Assembly: GCA_963767925.1 (NCBI GenBank)
Contig: CAVYGB010000008.1
Location: forward strand, 3,136,001-3,200,000
Direction: 5' to 3'
DNA length: 64,000 nucleotides
DNA from: an uncultured delta proteobacterium
GTDB taxonomy: Bacteria; Myxococcota_A; Polyangia; Fen-1088
The notes under the pieces were generated by a model. It searched no databases, was not told the origin of the DNA, and saw nothing but the letters and a program-made list of their open reading frames with translations. The translations under genes were made by a program, and so were the position numbers. Shown piece by piece: positions 1-9,642 of this stretch. How positions within the stretch are numbered: position 1 is the stretch's first letter; every line of letters starts with the position of its first letter.

Positions 1-482
1 GGCAGCCGGCCGTTGGGCGTGTCGATCGCGTAGCCGAGCCTGGCCAGGGCCTCGAACAGGGCGGCCTGCGGGCGCTCGTGCATGCGGGGGACGCCGCTCA
101 GCCGGTAGCTGCCCCGGCCGAGGCAGACCAGGGCGGTCAGGAAGCGGGCCGCCGTGCCGGCGTTGCCGACGTGGAGCTCGAGGGGCGCCTCGGGGGATCC
201 CGCCCGCGGCACCTCGCCGCCGCGGCCCACAACGGTGATGCGGCGGTTGCTGGGGTCGCCCGCGTCGGGCTCGACCCGCACCTCGAACCCGAGCCGGCCG
301 AGGCAGTCGACCATGACCTGGGTGTCCTCGCTCCAGAGGGCGCCCGTCAGCGTGGTGCTCCCGCGCGCGAGGGCCGCCAGGACCAGCGCCCGGTTGGTCA
401 CGCTCTTCGAGCCAGGGATCGTCACCTCGGCCTGGAGAGGGCCGGCCAGCGGGACGATCTCGACGAGGGGGGGCAGGGGCAT
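1..482 (-). CDS. aroA: 3-phosphoshikimate 1-carboxyvinyltransferase (EPSP synthase), N-terminal part, runs off window
   Basis: Hand translation of minus strand from ATG 482: MPLPPLVEIVPLAGPLQAEVTIPGSKSVTNRALVLAALARG...GNAGTAARFL...RMHERP; PGSKS, GNAGTA and ERP motifs of AroA. Confidence 0.95.
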   Translation of the reverse strand, partial: MPLPPLVEIVPLAGPLQAEVTIPGSKSVTNRALVLAALARGSTTLTGALWSEDTQVMVDCLGRLGFEVRVEPDAGDPSNRRITVVGRGGEVPRAGSPEAPLELHVGNAGTAARFLTALVCLGRGSYRLSGVPRMHERPQAALFEALARLGYAIDTPNGRL

Positions 483-568
483 GGCCGGCCAGAATAGCCG
501 AGGCGGCGGTTGCGGCGCCGTGTCTTGACAGCACCTACCCGCGGCGGGGATCCTCGCTCCTACCTGCG

Positions 569-1221
569 ATGCGTCACATGGCGGGCGAGCTACGAAGGTC
601 TCGGGTGAGGGGCGGCGCGCTCCGCCGCCTGGCGGGCCTGCTGCTCGCGGCGGGGGCCCTCACCTGCGGCGGCGTGCGCACCGATGGCCTGCTCGACGGC
701 GGCGCCCCCGCGCCCGACGCGCGCCGGGTGACGGCGGGACCAGCAGCGCGCCCCTTCCGGGCGCCGCCGGCAAGTCGTCGCGGTCTGGACCTGCTCGGGC
801 GGGGGGGCCATCGCGGGCGACACCGGCGGGGGCATGGCCGGGGAAACGATAGACGGCGCGCCGGGCGCTCAGGTCGGCCTCACCCTCGGCGCGATCACGG
901 GCGCCGGCTCGGTCTCATCGCCCGGCGGCTCCCAGGTCACTGCAGGGCTCCTTGCGCGACGGCACGGGCAAGCTGCAGTCGATGTCGGTGGCGGCCTCGG
1001 TCAGCCTGTTCGACGCCCAGACCGGGGGCGCCCGCCTCGGCTCGTTCCCCAACCTCAACGAGCACCTGCGCAGCCTGGTCAACGGTCAGGAGTCCCTGGT
1101 CTGCCCCCCCGGTCGCTACCTCATCAACCCCAGCGCCTTCAGCAACGGGGCCGTCACAACCCCGGGCGGCCTGCACTGCGCTCCTCAGACCGACAGCCGC
1201 CCGGTCTTCTGCTGCCGGTAG
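569..1221 (+). pseudogene. Frameshifted putative secreted/lipoprotein gene (pseudogene or sequencing errors)
   Basis: Lipoprotein-like signal (LLLAAGALTC) in the frame from 569; coding-like text continues in other frames (~770-945, then 952-1221 ending RPVFCCR*). Confidence 0.45.
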
Positions 1222-1225
1222 GCGG

Positions 1226-2089
1226 CTATCGATCGAAGACGATCGTCCGGTTCTCGAAGATGAGGACCCGGCGCTCGAGGTGCAGCCGGACCGCGCGGGT
1301 GAGCACCCGGCGCTCGAGCTCCCGGCCCTTCGCCACGAGATCCTCCACCTCGTCGCGGTGGGTGACCCGACAGACGTCCTGCTCGATGATCGGGCCCTGG
1401 TCGAGCGCCGCCGTCACGTAGTGGGCCGTCGCGCCGATGACCTTCACCCCGCGATCTTTGGCCTGCTGGTAGGGCCGGGCGCCCACGAAGGCGGGGAGGA
1501 AGGAGTGGTGGATGTTGATGATCCGCCCGGGGTGCCGCTCGACGAAGGCGGGCGAGAGGATCTGCATGTAGCGGGCGAGGACGACGAGGTTGGCGCCGAG
1601 CTCGTCGAGCAGGGCGAGCTGGCGGGCCTCCGCCGCGGGCTTGTCGCTGGCCTCGACCGGGATGTGGTGGAAGGGGACGTCGAAGTGGCGACAGACGTCG
1701 GCCAGGGTGTCGTGGTTGGAGATCACCGCCGCGATCTCGCCGCCCAGCTCGCCGAGCTGCTGGCACAGGAGCAGGTCGTACAGGCAGTGTGGCGTCTTGC
1801 TCACGAACACCGCCACCCGCGGCCGCCGGTCGTCCACCGCCAGCTCCCAGGTGAGCTCGAAACGTTTTGCCAGGACCTCCATCGCCTTGCAGGTGGTCTC
1901 GTGGTCGAGCTGGAAGCGGGCGATGTCCCAGCTCAGGCGCATGAAGAACTGTCCGCTCTCCTGCTCGGCGTGCTGGTCGGCGTCGAGGATGTTGCCATTG
2001 TGACGAAACACGAAGTCGGACAGCGCGGCCACCAGGCCCGTGCGATCCTGACAGCTGACCAGCAGAGTGGCGATCTTGGCCGGGTTCAT
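1226..2089 (-). CDS. purU: Formyltetrahydrofolate deformylase
   Basis: N-terminal ACT-like domain; VLARYMQILS, INIHHSFLPAFVGARPY, GATAHYV, LDQGPII motifs. Confidence 0.96.
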   Translation of the reverse strand: MNPAKIATLLVSCQDRTGLVAALSDFVFRHNGNILDADQHAEQESGQFFMRLSWDIARFQLDHETTCKAMEVLAKRFELTWELAVDDRRPRVAVFVSKTPHCLYDLLLCQQLGELGGEIAAVISNHDTLADVCRHFDVPFHHIPVEASDKPAAEARQLALLDELGANLVVLARYMQILSPAFVERHPGRIINIHHSFLPAFVGARPYQQAKDRGVKVIGATAHYVTAALDQGPIIEQDVCRVTHRDEVEDLVAKGRELERRVLTRAVRLHLERRVLIFENRTIVFDR

Positions 2090-2206
2090 CCGATGTGAGC
2101 CTCGCACAGGAGGTGACAGATACGTGTCAGGCGGCCCTGGTATGCCGGCCTACCTCGCGCACCATCCTTGAGGCGATCGCATCGGGCGCGCTAGGATCCA
2201 GGTATT

Positions 2207-3013
2207 GTGTATGACGACGCGGAAGACCAATTTTATCAGGGCTACCCTTCGCAGACCCGGCGGGGCCATCCGCTGCTCGCCTCGATCATAACTTCGGTCA
2301 TCACGTCGGCGGCCGTCTTCTTCGGCCTGCGCGAGCTCGACCAGCGTGGGTACCTCGGCGGCGAGGGGCGCGCGCGCTCTGCCCCCGCGGCCGCCGCCGG
2401 ACAGGCGGTGCAGGTCCCCAACCTGGTGGGCCTGCGGCTCGAGCAGGGGCGCGAGCTGTTGAAGCTGCGGGGGCTCCTCGTCTCCATCGCCGAGGAGCGA
2501 GACGACCCGAGCCAGCCCGCCGGCGCGATAATCGCCCAGAACCCGCCGTCGGCCGCGGCCACCACCACCGGCACAACGGTGCAGGTGATCCTGGCCCGCG
2601 CGCCCGCCGGACTGACCGTCCCGGCGCTGACCGGCCTCAAGCCGGAAGACGCGGCCCGGCAGCTCGTGGCCAAGGGCCTGCAGGTGGCCGCGCCCAAGGC
2701 GGCGGCGAGCGAGACGGTGGCCCCCGGCCTGGTCCTCGGGACCGAGCCGCCCATGGGGGCCGCGGTGCCGCCCGGGTCGGCGGTGGTGCTGGTCCTGTCG
2801 GCGTCGAAGGCGGCCACCGTCCCCAAGGTGGTCGGAACCCGGCTCACCCGCGCCAAGCGCACGCTGGAGGAGGCCGGGTTCAAGGTCGGAAAGACGGTAT
2901 ACCGGTACGACCCATGCTGCGGCGAGTACATCATCCTCCGCCAGACGCCGGGCGAGGGGGAGGCCGCGGCGGCGGGCGCCACGGTCGACCTGATCGTCAA
3001 CGAACCGGGCTGA
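2207..3013 (+). CDS. Membrane-anchored protein with three PASTA domains
   Basis: One TM helix then VPNLVG, VPALTG, VPKVVG repeats with QNP/QTP...G..V.L elements. Confidence 0.85.
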   Translation: MYDDAEDQFYQGYPSQTRRGHPLLASIITSVITSAAVFFGLRELDQRGYLGGEGRARSAPAAAAGQAVQVPNLVGLRLEQGRELLKLRGLLVSIAEERDDPSQPAGAIIAQNPPSAAATTTGTTVQVILARAPAGLTVPALTGLKPEDAARQLVAKGLQVAAPKAAASETVAPGLVLGTEPPMGAAVPPGSAVVLVLSASKAATVPKVVGTRLTRAKRTLEEAGFKVGKTVYRYDPCCGEYIILRQTPGEGEAAAAGATVDLIVNEPG

Positions 3014-3053
3014 TCGGTGACCACCCGACCGCCTTATCGTATGATTGCCTACT

Positions 3054-3410
3054 ATGAAGAAGCGGGGCCCCGACCGCGAAGGTGAGGCCGAGCCGGCCGA
3101 CGTGGCCCTGGTCTTCGACCGCACCGAGGACTCCGAGGGCTACCGGATCTTGCGCCGGCGCGCGGCAGCCGACCAGGTCGAGATCGGCACCATCCGCCCT
3201 CTCAAGGAGGGCCGCCCGATCGACGGCGAGGTGCTCAGCCTGACCGCCCGCCAGGACGTCCCCTTCCTCTACAACGTCAAGACCGAGCTGGCCGATCCCC
3301 ACGCCGCCACCCGCCTCACCAGCGACGGCCCCGCCCAGATAGCCACCGAGGAGTACCGGCGCGGCTGGGAGGCGATCTGGGGCACCGGCAGCGAAGACAA
3401 GCCGAACTAG
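3054..3410 (+). CDS. Hypothetical protein
   Basis: High-GC3 ORF ending GPAQIATEEYRRGWEAIWG; TATGAT 8 nt upstream of ATG. Confidence 0.75.
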   Translation: MKKRGPDREGEAEPADVALVFDRTEDSEGYRILRRRAAADQVEIGTIRPLKEGRPIDGEVLSLTARQDVPFLYNVKTELADPHAATRLTSDGPAQIATEEYRRGWEAIWGTGSEDKPN

Positions 3411-3572
3411 TCCCCTGGAAAGGTGATTTCTTGCATATCTCGCCGGTCCTCTTCGTCCCTGGCTGCGTTGCTCGTCGGTTAAATACGCCTGGTATTCGCC
3501 CTCCTCGCGCCTTGCCAGGAACGAAGATGCCTCGCCGACATATGCAAGCCTTCACCGTTCCAGGGGACTAGT
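3406..3572. mobile_element. MITE-like palindromic element with CTAG ends
   Basis: Ends ACTAGTCCCCTGGAA / TTCCAGGGGACTAGT; imperfect inverted repeat extends over most of the element; lower GC; no credible ORF. Confidence 0.75.
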
Positions 3573-3603
3573 CGGGCCCGCGCGAAGCGAGGGGACCCGA
3601 CTA
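3569..3603. repeat. REP-like hairpin
   Basis: TAGTCGGG...GCGAAGCG...CCCGACTA inverted repeat between convergent genes. Confidence 0.45.
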
Positions 3604-3641
3604 CTTCGAAAAAAGTCCCTGGCCGGGGCGCGGGCGCCGGC

Positions 3642-4589
3642 TCAGAGCCGGATCTTCTCGAAGTGGACGAGGTCGACGAAGGCGGTGAAGCGCTCGCGGA
3701 TGTCGGCCAGGGTCAAGGTGCGGAACCGGTCGAGGCTGAAGGCCTCCACGCTGTAAGAGGCCAGCACCGACCCGAGGATCATCGCCGTGCGGATGTCGGC
3801 CGGGGTGGTGGCGCCGGCCCGGGCCAGCCAGCCCATGAACCCGCCCGCGAAGGAATCGCCGGCGCCGGTGGGATCGACAACCTCCTCGAGCGGGAAGGCG
3901 GGGGCGGCGAACACGCCCCCCTCGTGAAACAGCAGCGCGCCTGCGTCGCCCCGCTTGATCACGACCGCGCGCGGCCCCAGCGCCCGGATGGCCCGGGCGG
4001 CCGAGGGGAGGTTGCCGTGGCGGGCCAGCAGGCGGGCCTCGTCGTCGTTGAGCAGCAGCAGGTCGACCTTCTTGAGCAGGCGCTCGAGGGCCTCGCGCTT
4101 GCCCTCGATCCAGTAGTTCATCGTGTCGCAGGCGACGAAGCGGGGGCGATCGACCTGCTCGAGCACGTCGAGCTGCAGCTCGGGATCGATGTTGGCGAGA
4201 AAGACGTGGGGCGAGTCCCGCCACTCGGCCGGCAGCTTGGGCCGGAAGGTCTGGAACACGTTGAGCTGGGTGTCGAGCGTGGTGCGGGCGTTGAAGTCGC
4301 TGGAGTACCGGCCGCTCCAGCGGAAGGTCCGCCCGGGCACCCGCTCGAGGCCGGCGAGGTCGATCTGGTGGCCGCGCAGGAAGGAGACGTGGGCCTCCGG
4401 GAAGTCGTCGCCCACCACCCCGGTCAGGCGCACCGGGGCCAGGAAGGAGGCGGCCACCGAGAAGAACGAGGCGGCGCCGCCCAGCAGCTCCTCCCGGCGG
4501 GCGGTGGTGGTTTCGACCGTGTCGAGCGCGACCGAGCCGACGACCAGCAGGGGGGCCGCCTTGTTCTCGGCAGAAGGGACGGTTGCCAT
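3642..4589 (-). CDS. PfkB-family carbohydrate/nucleoside kinase
   Basis: GSVALD, LGGAA, DPTGAGDSFAGG signature. Confidence 0.92.
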   Translation of the reverse strand: MATVPSAENKAAPLLVVGSVALDTVETTTARREELLGGAASFFSVAASFLAPVRLTGVVGDDFPEAHVSFLRGHQIDLAGLERVPGRTFRWSGRYSSDFNARTTLDTQLNVFQTFRPKLPAEWRDSPHVFLANIDPELQLDVLEQVDRPRFVACDTMNYWIEGKREALERLLKKVDLLLLNDDEARLLARHGNLPSAARAIRALGPRAVVIKRGDAGALLFHEGGVFAAPAFPLEEVVDPTGAGDSFAGGFMGWLARAGATTPADIRTAMILGSVLASYSVEAFSLDRFRTLTLADIRERFTAFVDLVHFEKIRL

Positions 4590-4654
4590 GGCAGCAGCGT
4601 CTATCACGGATCGTTCGCGCGGCAGAACCCGTGTTTGCGTTTAAGATCCAAGCG

Positions 4655-6655
4655 ATGACCGAGGCGGCCGACGAGGTGGTGGCCCTGGTGGCGGCGGGCG
4701 ATTACGCCGGCGCCGCCCGCCGCGCCGAGGCGGCGGGGGACCTGCGCCGGGCCATCGGGCTCTACGAGCGCATCTGGCGTTTCTCGGAGGCCCTGGCCCT
4801 GGCCGAGCGGCTGGGGGATCGGGCCCTGGCCATCCGGCTGGCGCTCGACGCGAAGGTCACCGACCGGGCCCTCGCCCTGGCCGCGTCAATCCCCGCGGAC
4901 GCGCGGGCGGAGCTGGAGGCGGCCGGCGCGGCCTTCGCCGCCCGGGGCCGCTGGCTGGAGGCGGCCGAGCTGGCCGAGCGGGCGGGGACGCCCGAGCGGG
5001 CGGCCAGCTTCTGGAAGCGAGGGGGCGCGATCTTGCCCGCCGCCCGGGCCCTGGAGAAGGCCGGGCAGTGGCACGAGGCCGGGCGGCTGTACGAGGAGCT
5101 GGCCGAGGCGGCCACCCGGGACGGCGAGCTCGAGCTGGCGGCCGAGGCCCGGCTGGCCCTGGGCTCGCTGCTGGGGCGCCTGGGCCGCCCCCGCGACGCC
5201 GCCCGTTCGTTGCAGGCCGCCAGCCGGCACCCCGCCACCGAGCTCTCTGCCCAGCGCCGCCTGTGCGTCGAGCTGGAGGTGCTGGGGCTGCACAACGCCG
5301 CCGAGGAGATCGCGCGCCGCCTGCAAGGCAAACATCCCGAGCTGCCGGCCAGCGCCGCGGCCATCGCCGAGATCGAGCTGCAGGCGGCGGCCGGGCGGCT
5401 GCTCCCCCCCGAGCCGCTGCGCCGCTTCGCCGACCTGGAGCTGATCGGGGCGGGGGCCCTGGGCCGGGCCTACCGGGCCCACGACGGGCTGCTGGGCGAG
5501 ACGGTGGCGCTGAAGATCCTCTCGGTGGGCCCGGGGGGCAGCAACGCCGAGCGCCAGTCCTTCCAGCGCTTCCTGCGCGAGGCGGAGGCCTCGAGCCGCC
5601 TGCGCCACCCCCACATCGTCCGGCTGCTCGACGCCGACGAGCGGGCCGGCATCCTCGTGCTCGAGTACCTGCCCGGCGGCACCCTGGCCCGGGCCCTCGC
5701 CCGCGTCGAGCGCCTCGAGCCGGCCGCCGTGCGCCGGCTGGCGCTCGAGCTGCTGTCGGCGCTGGCCTCGGCCCACGCCGCCGGGATCGTGCACCGGGAC
5801 GTCAAGCCGGCGAACATCTTCTTCGACGCCGCGGGCAACGCCAAGCTGGCCGACTTCGGCGCTGCCCACCTGGCCGACTTCGGCGGCACCCAGACCGCCG
5901 GCTTCATTGGCACCCTCGCCTACCTGTCGCCCGAGCAGATCACGGGCGGGCGCATCGGCCCGCCGGCCGATCTCTACGCCCTCGGTGTGACGCTGTTCGA
6001 GGCGCTCACCGGCCGCCTGCCCTTCCTGGGCCCCGACCTGGTCGGGCAACACCTCGGCGAGGCGCCGCCCCGGCCCAGCTCGCTCGACCCCTCGCTGTCG
6101 CAGGTCCATGACCAGGTGCTGGCCAGCGCCCTCGCCAAGAGCCCGAGCGACCGCTTCCCCTCGGCCGACCTCATGGCCGAGCTGATCCGCGCCTGGCCCG
6201 AGTCGCCGCGCACCGGCCCCCGCCCGGCGAGCGTGCGCGAGGCCAGCCGCGCCGACGCCCGCCCCCCGCTGGCCCCGCCCGACCGCCGCCCGGTCGGTCA
6301 CACGACCCGGGGGCCGCTGCAGGCCTCGACCGATGGGCGCATCGGGCGCCCCGTCCTGATCGAGGAGCTGCCGGGGCCGCTGGCCGGCGACGAGCTCGAA
6401 GCCCTCAAGCGGCTGGCCCGGGCCGGCGGTCCCCACGTGCAGCGCGTGCTGGCCCTGGACAACGGCGGCCGCGAGATCGTGTACGAGGTGATAGAGGGCC
6501 ACCTCGTGACAACCTCCGCGCTCGACGCCGAGGAGATGCTCCAGCTCGAGGAGGCCTGGGCGGCCCTCGCCTCGGCCGGGCTCTACGCCTCACCCCGCCA
6601 CCCGGTGGTGCGCACCGCGGGCGGCCCGGTGATCCTCGTGGTGCTCGCCGAGTAG
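4655..6655 (+). CDS. Ser/Thr protein kinase with N-terminal TPR-like helical repeats
   Basis: IGAGALG, VALK, HRDVKPAN, DFG, GTLAYLSPEQ; Ala-rich helical repeats at N-terminus; no TM segment. Confidence 0.9.
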   Translation: MTEAADEVVALVAAGDYAGAARRAEAAGDLRRAIGLYERIWRFSEALALAERLGDRALAIRLALDAKVTDRALALAASIPADARAELEAAGAAFAARGRWLEAAELAERAGTPERAASFWKRGGAILPAARALEKAGQWHEAGRLYEELAEAATRDGELELAAEARLALGSLLGRLGRPRDAARSLQAASRHPATELSAQRRLCVELEVLGLHNAAEEIARRLQGKHPELPASAAAIAEIELQAAAGRLLPPEPLRRFADLELIGAGALGRAYRAHDGLLGETVALKILSVGPGGSNAERQSFQRFLREAEASSRLRHPHIVRLLDADERAGILVLEYLPGGTLARALARVERLEPAAVRRLALELLSALASAHAAGIVHRDVKPANIFFDAAGNAKLADFGAAHLADFGGTQTAGFIGTLAYLSPEQITGGRIGPPADLYALGVTLFEALTGRLPFLGPDLVGQHLGEAPPRPSSLDPSLSQVHDQVLASALAKSPSDRFPSADLMAELIRAWPESPRTGPRPASVREASRADARPPLAPPDRRPVGHTTRGPLQASTDGRIGRPVLIEELPGPLAGDELEALKRLARAGGPHVQRVLALDNGGREIVYEVIEGHLVTTSALDAEEMLQLEEAWAALASAGLYASPRHPVVRTAGGPVILVVLAE

Positions 6656-6690
6656 CCCGCCGGCGCAGGCCCGTAGTACCCTGACCCATC

Positions 6691-8292
6691 GTGAAATTTT
6701 CGTCGTCGCCCGGGCTGGCGGGGCTTGTCGCGCTGACTCTCGCGGGCTGTGACGGGGACTTCGAGCCCGAGCAGCCGCCCCGCACCGTGCGCCTGACCGC
6801 CGGTCCGGCGGTCAAGGTAGGGCGCGCCCTCACGAGCTGCTCGCACGGCCCCGCCACGGCCTCCCGCCGCTTCTGCGCCTTCGCCCGGCCGCTCGACCAG
6901 GGAGGGGCCGAGCTCTGGGTTGTCGACGTGCAGCGGGCGCTGGCCGGGGAGGCGCCCTGCGACGGGAGCAGCCCCCATTGCCTCCGCCTCACCAGCGAGC
7001 TGTGGACCGGCCAGCCGCTCTTCTCCCCCGCCCACCCCGACATCCACGCCTTCCATGGCGACACCCTCGTGTTCTACGCCCGCTCGACAACCGGCAACGG
7101 CGACCAGGCCTATCAGGGCCCCGTCCACGCCTGGCGCCCCGACGCCGGCCCCGCCCGGGCCATCACCGGCGATCGCGGGCGGGTCTGCGTGGGCCACGAC
7201 CGCAGCGCGGGGGCCATCTGCATCGATGGCGAGCGCATGGCGGGGGCCGCGGTCGAGTTCGATCTCCTGGCCGGAACCGTGGGCCCCGGCCTCGACGGGC
7301 CCCTGCCCCGCATCGAGGCCATCCGCCCGCTCGACGAGGACGGAGACCTGCTGTGGCAGGTGGCCTTCTCACCCAGCGGATCGCACCTGGCCTTCTCCGA
7401 CCAGGTCCCCGAGGGCCTCAAGCAGGAGCGGCTGCGGGTCCTGCCGGTCGGGGACCTCGGGCGGACCCAGGCCAGCGAGCTGCTGCGGGACGCGGCCGCC
7501 TGGCAGTTCTCCCCCGACGGGCGCCAGATCTACTTCCTGCGCGGGTTCAACTACGGCGCCGACGAGACCCTCACCGGCATCCTGGCGGTCGCCGACTTCC
7601 CCTCGGGCGCCAACCCCCGCGAGCTGCAGCCGCGGGTCGGCCGCTACCAGGTCCTCGGCGAGCCCGGGGGGCCCACCCGGGCCCTCGGCCTGTTCCAGGA
7701 TATGGGCCAGTTCTCCGGACGGTTCAGCCTGCTGCGCGATCCGGCCAACCCGGGCGCGCTCACCCTCATCGGCACCGACGTCGAGGACGCGCTGGTCTCG
7801 CCCGACCTGCGCCACAGCTTGCTCTACGGAGAGGACCGCGAGGGCAACCGGGCCAGCTTCATCGCCCGCAACGACGGCAGCGGCCAGTGCCAGGTGGCCG
7901 CCCACCCCGGCCGCGACGTCTACGCCACCACCTTCCTGAGCGGCCCTCCCCTGCTCCTCTGGGCCGAGGACGACCCGCACGATCCGACGCTGATCCAGGG
8001 CTGGCTGGGAGACCTCGACACCTGCGAGGCCAGGCAGCAGTTCTCGAGCGCCCTCGCGCTCTACGAGCCCACCCGGGCGGGGGTGGTCTGGGCGGATCTC
8101 GAAGACGGGGCCCGGGCCTTGACGCTTCGGTACGCGCCGCTGGCGGGTGGGGCGCTGGACCTGGGGCAGGCTCGGGAGCTCCACCGGACCATCGACACGC
8201 AGGTGACGGTGATCGACGGCCGCTACCTGCTGTATTCGGTCAGCCAGGGGAGCCCGGAGAACACCGGCCTGTTCCTGCACGGCCCCTTGTGA
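6691..8292 (+). CDS. Lipoprotein, probable beta-propeller (TolB/PD40-like)
   Basis: Lipobox LTLAGC; FSPSG, FSPDG, VSPD blade motifs. Confidence 0.7.
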   Translation: MKFSSSPGLAGLVALTLAGCDGDFEPEQPPRTVRLTAGPAVKVGRALTSCSHGPATASRRFCAFARPLDQGGAELWVVDVQRALAGEAPCDGSSPHCLRLTSELWTGQPLFSPAHPDIHAFHGDTLVFYARSTTGNGDQAYQGPVHAWRPDAGPARAITGDRGRVCVGHDRSAGAICIDGERMAGAAVEFDLLAGTVGPGLDGPLPRIEAIRPLDEDGDLLWQVAFSPSGSHLAFSDQVPEGLKQERLRVLPVGDLGRTQASELLRDAAAWQFSPDGRQIYFLRGFNYGADETLTGILAVADFPSGANPRELQPRVGRYQVLGEPGGPTRALGLFQDMGQFSGRFSLLRDPANPGALTLIGTDVEDALVSPDLRHSLLYGEDREGNRASFIARNDGSGQCQVAAHPGRDVYATTFLSGPPLLLWAEDDPHDPTLIQGWLGDLDTCEARQQFSSALALYEPTRAGVVWADLEDGARALTLRYAPLAGGALDLGQARELHRTIDTQVTVIDGRYLLYSVSQGSPENTGLFLHGPL

Positions 8293-8298
8293 CGGCTG

Positions 8299-9621
8299 CT
8301 ACCGCTGACCGCCGAATAGCTCGGTGATGTAAAACGGCGAGCCGCTGCGCACATCCACCGCGACAACGCCCACGCCGACGTGGGTGAGGCGGGGGTTGAC
8401 CACGTTCGCTCGGTGGCCCGGGCTGCCCATGAAACCCTTGTGGGCCTGCCGGAACCCGCCCTCCTGCCCGACATTTTCGCTCACCAGGCTGAAGCCCAGG
8501 CCGGCGGCCCGCACCCGCGCCTCGGCGTCGCCGGTGATGGGCGAGACGTGGGCCACGTAGCGGCGGGTGGCCATCTCGCGGCTGTGGGAGCGGGCGATGG
8601 CGGCCAGCCGGTTGTCCCAGATCAGCGGGGCCAGCCCGGCGGCCCGCCGATCGTGGTTCATGAGGGCGAACAGCTCCTGCTCCCCCTCGGCCGGATCGAT
8701 GTCCTCGCTCACGTCCTCGTCCTGGATCAGGACCTCGCGGGCGGCCTTCACCCCGCAGTGGACCGGGAAGTTGGCCAGGACCAGGGGGCCGCCCGCGTCG
8801 GAGGCGAGCATCTCGATCTGGTAGCGGCCGTCCCCGAAGTTGCAGCGCAGGTCGGCCTCGAAGCCGCCGCCCGCGTCGATGGTCAAGGGCAGCCGGCGCA
8901 CCTCGCCGCTCGGCATGGTGACCACCACCTGGGGATCGCGGTAGGCGCGCAGGAGCCGCCCGCGCAGGGGCACCCGGGCGCCCGAGGCGAGCTCGCGCCC
9001 GAGCGGCCGCAGCTCGATCATCTGGTGCCACATCGCCACCACGCTGATCATGTCGCTGTCCGAGCGCGACACCCCGACCCCCAGGCGGTTCCAGGGGGCC
9101 CGGCCGAGCATCCCCGGCACCGAACGCTGGTAGCGGGCCAGCGTGGCGTCCTCCTCGGGCGGCCCCCGCAACGTGTACAGGACCGGGTCGGCCTCGATGA
9201 TCCCGTAGTGGTAGCTGAGAAAGCGCACCACCTCCGAGGGGACGGCGCGCGAGACCCGGGCCAGGCGGGCCACGTCGGCGGCCAGCCGGGACAGCCGCTC
9301 GTCGGGCAGCGGGACGGTGGCCCCCATGCGGCGAGCCGTCGCCGCGACGAGGTCGACGAGCGCGCCCTCGAAGGTGCGCGCCGCGCCCCGGGCCGCCGCC
9401 CGCAGGGGCGGCGCCAGGTAGGCGGCGCTGGCGGGCGCCCCCGGCGTGAAGACCGTCGGGGGCCGGAGGGCGGGACGGGGGGGTCGCTCGGGCGCGTAGA
9501 TGCCGCCCGGGTCGCCCTCGTGGGTAGCGGCCGCACCCGGGCCCGGCTGGCTGGCGCAGGCGGAGGTCAGCGCGGCCGCCAGCAGGCCGATCCGACCGGG
9601 GGCCCCCGGCGCCCGTGGCAT
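8299..9621 (-). CDS. CAP (SCP-like) domain lipoprotein
   Basis: Lipobox-like LTSAC; C-terminal ARSHSREM, ENV, FMGSPGHRAN, VGVGV motifs. Confidence 0.88.
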   Translation of the reverse strand: MPRAPGAPGRIGLLAAALTSACASQPGPGAAATHEGDPGGIYAPERPPRPALRPPTVFTPGAPASAAYLAPPLRAAARGAARTFEGALVDLVAATARRMGATVPLPDERLSRLAADVARLARVSRAVPSEVVRFLSYHYGIIEADPVLYTLRGPPEEDATLARYQRSVPGMLGRAPWNRLGVGVSRSDSDMISVVAMWHQMIELRPLGRELASGARVPLRGRLLRAYRDPQVVVTMPSGEVRRLPLTIDAGGGFEADLRCNFGDGRYQIEMLASDAGGPLVLANFPVHCGVKAAREVLIQDEDVSEDIDPAEGEQELFALMNHDRRAAGLAPLIWDNRLAAIARSHSREMATRRYVAHVSPITGDAEARVRAAGLGFSLVSENVGQEGGFRQAHKGFMGSPGHRANVVNPRLTHVGVGVVAVDVRSGSPFYITELFGGQR

Positions 9622-9642
9622 CTGGCTACGGGCCCGTGGGAG

